This document shows positions 62,391 through 64,000 of a DNA stretch of 64,000 bases, piece by piece (position 1 is the stretch's first letter; the number at the start of each line of letters is the position of its first letter). The stretch lies in sequence record PX441839.1; one strand, 5' to 3'. Source of the stretch: a phage. Below the pieces are notes generated by a model, which ran no database searches, had not been told where the DNA came from, and saw only the letters and a list, made by a program, of their open reading frames with translations. The translations under genes and the position numbers were made by a program.

Positions 62391-62563
62391 GCGCAGAATG
62401 CCGCCACAATTAGTGAAAAGGGCCACACGATCCCGAAAATTACAGAGGGTCCTTTGTCAATTCTGCAAAATCGACGATAGAATAGTCGCCCTGCTCCAAC
62501 ACTGATCAGGATATAGAGTAAAGATACAAGTAACTCAAGTGCATATAATGTTAAAAAATTCAT
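62387..62563 (-). CDS. small membrane protein (about 58 aa)
   Basis: Not in ORF track (under 60 aa); hand translation MNFLTLYALELLVSLLYILISVGAG...IVWPFSLIVAAFCA; stop overlaps lipoprotein start (ATGA). Confidence 0.3.
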   Translation of the reverse strand: MNFLTLYALELLVSLLYILISVGAGRLFYRRFCRIDKGPSVIFGIVWPFSLIVAAFCA

Positions 62564-62565
62564 AA

Positions 62566-62943
62566 TCAGATTCCTTTTCTTTCTCTGCGTTTACGGCGGA
62601 TATCCTCTTCAACCTCTACCTCAGCCTTGTCGATAATCTCGTATACGGACGGAACTGATTCAGATGGGGAAAACATCTTGTGCAGGTTCCTGACCATCAT
62701 TACCAACTTCCCCCTTACCTTGAAATCATATCTCCAAGATCTAAAGTGGAAGCAATCATGACGCCATTGGAACATATAGCATATCTCTTTTGCACGGTTA
62801 CGAGTAACACCCAGTAAGTTTGCAAACTCTCCATGAGGATCTCCATTTGGATCTCCAAGAATATATGCTGTTGCCCAATGCTTCTTCGCCAAGTTGTACT
62901 CTTCAACCGTCATGTTTACTTTCGTGTTCATATTGCCCTCCAA
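62566..62943 (-). CDS. hypothetical protein (125 aa)
   Basis: ORF track. Confidence 0.4.
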   Translation of the reverse strand: MEGNMNTKVNMTVEEYNLAKKHWATAYILGDPNGDPHGEFANLLGVTRNRAKEICYMFQWRHDCFHFRSWRYDFKVRGKLVMMVRNLHKMFSPSESVPSVYEIIDKAEVEVEEDIRRKRRERKGI

Positions 62944-62995
62944 GATACTCTACTCCAAGATTATGGGGAGTATAACGCCCCTTGTCAACAATTAC

Positions 62996-63592
62996 TTAAT
63001 CACAACTGCAAGATGACCCTGAGTCACAGGAAGAATAGCTGTCTGAACCACCGTAGCTGGACGAAGAACTATACGATGAAGTGTAGTTGCAATTGTCATC
63101 ACTGCGGTAAGAACTTGAACCAGACGTCACGATTGCAGTGGAAATACCTGCAACGGTGGCGATATTCAAAATATCATCACTATCCTGGTGAACTGGACGA
63201 GATGGACTTGAAACCGACATTGGACGACCATTTGATCGTGACCGCTTAATGAACTCTTTCTTCGCCTTAGGTGGTAATTTACGACCTTTGGCGTAAGCTG
63301 GGAGTTCAACTTCTTTCAGTTTATCATTCAGAGTCTTACCCTGTTTAATTACAACTTTGGAATCATCCTGTACGATCTCCGCGACCTTGACAGTGTTCTC
63401 TTTGGTATTGACTGCTGTGACCACCTCTTTGTCACCCAGAGGCTTGTCGATAGGTTTGGTTCCCACTTCAACCATTCGAACATTAACATTGGTAGGTTGT
63501 TTACTGATGTATTCATCAACCTTCACTTCGTCAATTTCAACCTTGGAGGAAGAGAACAGACCTTTAAACCAAGATACCAGCTTCTTAAACAT
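62996..63592 (-). CDS. hypothetical protein with Ser-rich C-terminus (198 aa)
   Basis: ORF track. Confidence 0.4.
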   Translation of the reverse strand: MFKKLVSWFKGLFSSSKVEIDEVKVDEYISKQPTNVNVRMVEVGTKPIDKPLGDKEVVTAVNTKENTVKVAEIVQDDSKVVIKQGKTLNDKLKEVELPAYAKGRKLPPKAKKEFIKRSRSNGRPMSVSSPSRPVHQDSDDILNIATVAGISTAIVTSGSSSYRSDDNCNYTSSYSSSSSYGGSDSYSSCDSGSSCSCD

Positions 63593-63602
63593 ATTGTTTC
63601 TC

Positions 63603-63824
63603 CTATTCGCTAATGACTACTAGTTGAGTAATTCCGATCAGACCTGCACTAAACAGATCGTCAATTGCAGCTTGCCCGTCAAGACCTTCTTCATAACATT
63701 CTTTGAGGGTATCATTGTCAAGCAGCCATTTGTTTGCCACGTCCTCTGACGTGAAGACCAAATCTTGCTGACCAATATCCCATTCAGACCAAATAGAGTA
63801 CATTATTTTGCACTCCCGTTCCAC
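63603..63824 (-). CDS. hypothetical protein (73 aa)
   Basis: ORF track. Confidence 0.35.
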   Translation of the reverse strand: MERECKIMYSIWSEWDIGQQDLVFTSEDVANKWLLDNDTLKECYEEGLDGQAAIDDLFSAGLIGITQLVVISE

Positions 63825-63997
63825 ACTGCGTCCACAACACCCTTGAGTCCAACACTATCTACAGCTTGGATAAGCTCAACAGCGCCCCAAATCATCACAC
63901 CAATACCTACAACGGTCATCGCAAAAACAATACCGATACCGATCTTGATTGCATTTTTTGTCCGGTTAAAGGATTTGTTGAAATCTGAACTAATCAT
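63803..63997 (-). CDS. small membrane protein (64 aa)
   Basis: ORF track; hydrophobic IGIGIVFAMTVVGIGVMIWGAV. Confidence 0.35.
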   Translation of the reverse strand: MISSDFNKSFNRTKNAIKIGIGIVFAMTVVGIGVMIWGAVELIQAVDSVGLKGVVDAVWNGSAK

Positions 63998-64000
63998 TTA

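Noticed and set aside
1-64000. Integrase, transposase, attachment site or other prophage/mobile-element boundary
   Set aside because: No recombinase-like gene or flanking direct repeats were recognised; the gene content (ligase, resolvase, tRNAs, contiguous structural module) fits a lytic phage genome segment.

Overview
The window reads as a 64 kb segment of a large tailed phage with a contractile tail (sheath and tube genes, Mu/P2-like baseplate module), not a bacterial chromosome. Layout: (1) 1-15070, a leftward (minus-strand) early region of about 35 small, often stop/start-overlapping genes including nucleotide-metabolism and DNA-processing functions (ThyX-like, HAD nucleotidase, dNMP kinase-like, DEDDh exonuclease, endonuclease VII-like, RuvC-like resolvase, FEN/5'-3' exonuclease, MazG-like, T4-type ATP DNA ligase); (2) 15071-15392, a divergent promoter region with palindromic repeats; (3) 15393-19910, a rightward operon carrying a PRPP-synthetase-like and a nicotinamide-phosphoribosyltransferase-like gene pair; (4) 20170-22365, a tRNA cluster (11 confident-to-plausible tRNAs plus two non-canonical tRNA-like elements) interrupted by an HNH homing endonuclease; (5) 22561-24452, a spanin pair flanked by unknown proteins; (6) 24560-59613, the structural module: large terminase, portal, scaffold, decoration protein, major capsid, collagen-like fibres, sheath, tube, frameshifted chaperone, tape measure, baseplate, collar-domain fibre, Tfa, a 1162-aa fibre and an RCC1-like propeller protein; (7) 59659-64000, a second leftward cluster starting with an SSB-like gene. 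Most interesting: the Prs-like/NAMPT-like pair as a candidate phage NAD+ reconstitution (anti-defence) system, and an in-frame amber codon sitting exactly in the Y position of a collagen Gly-X-Y repeat with a homologous module continuing downstream. All calls are from reading the sequence and the ORF track; no database search was run. Hand-derived coordinates (tRNAs, terminators, promoters, refined starts) may be off by 1-2 nt, because my reading of homopolymer runs disagreed with the ORF track in two places.
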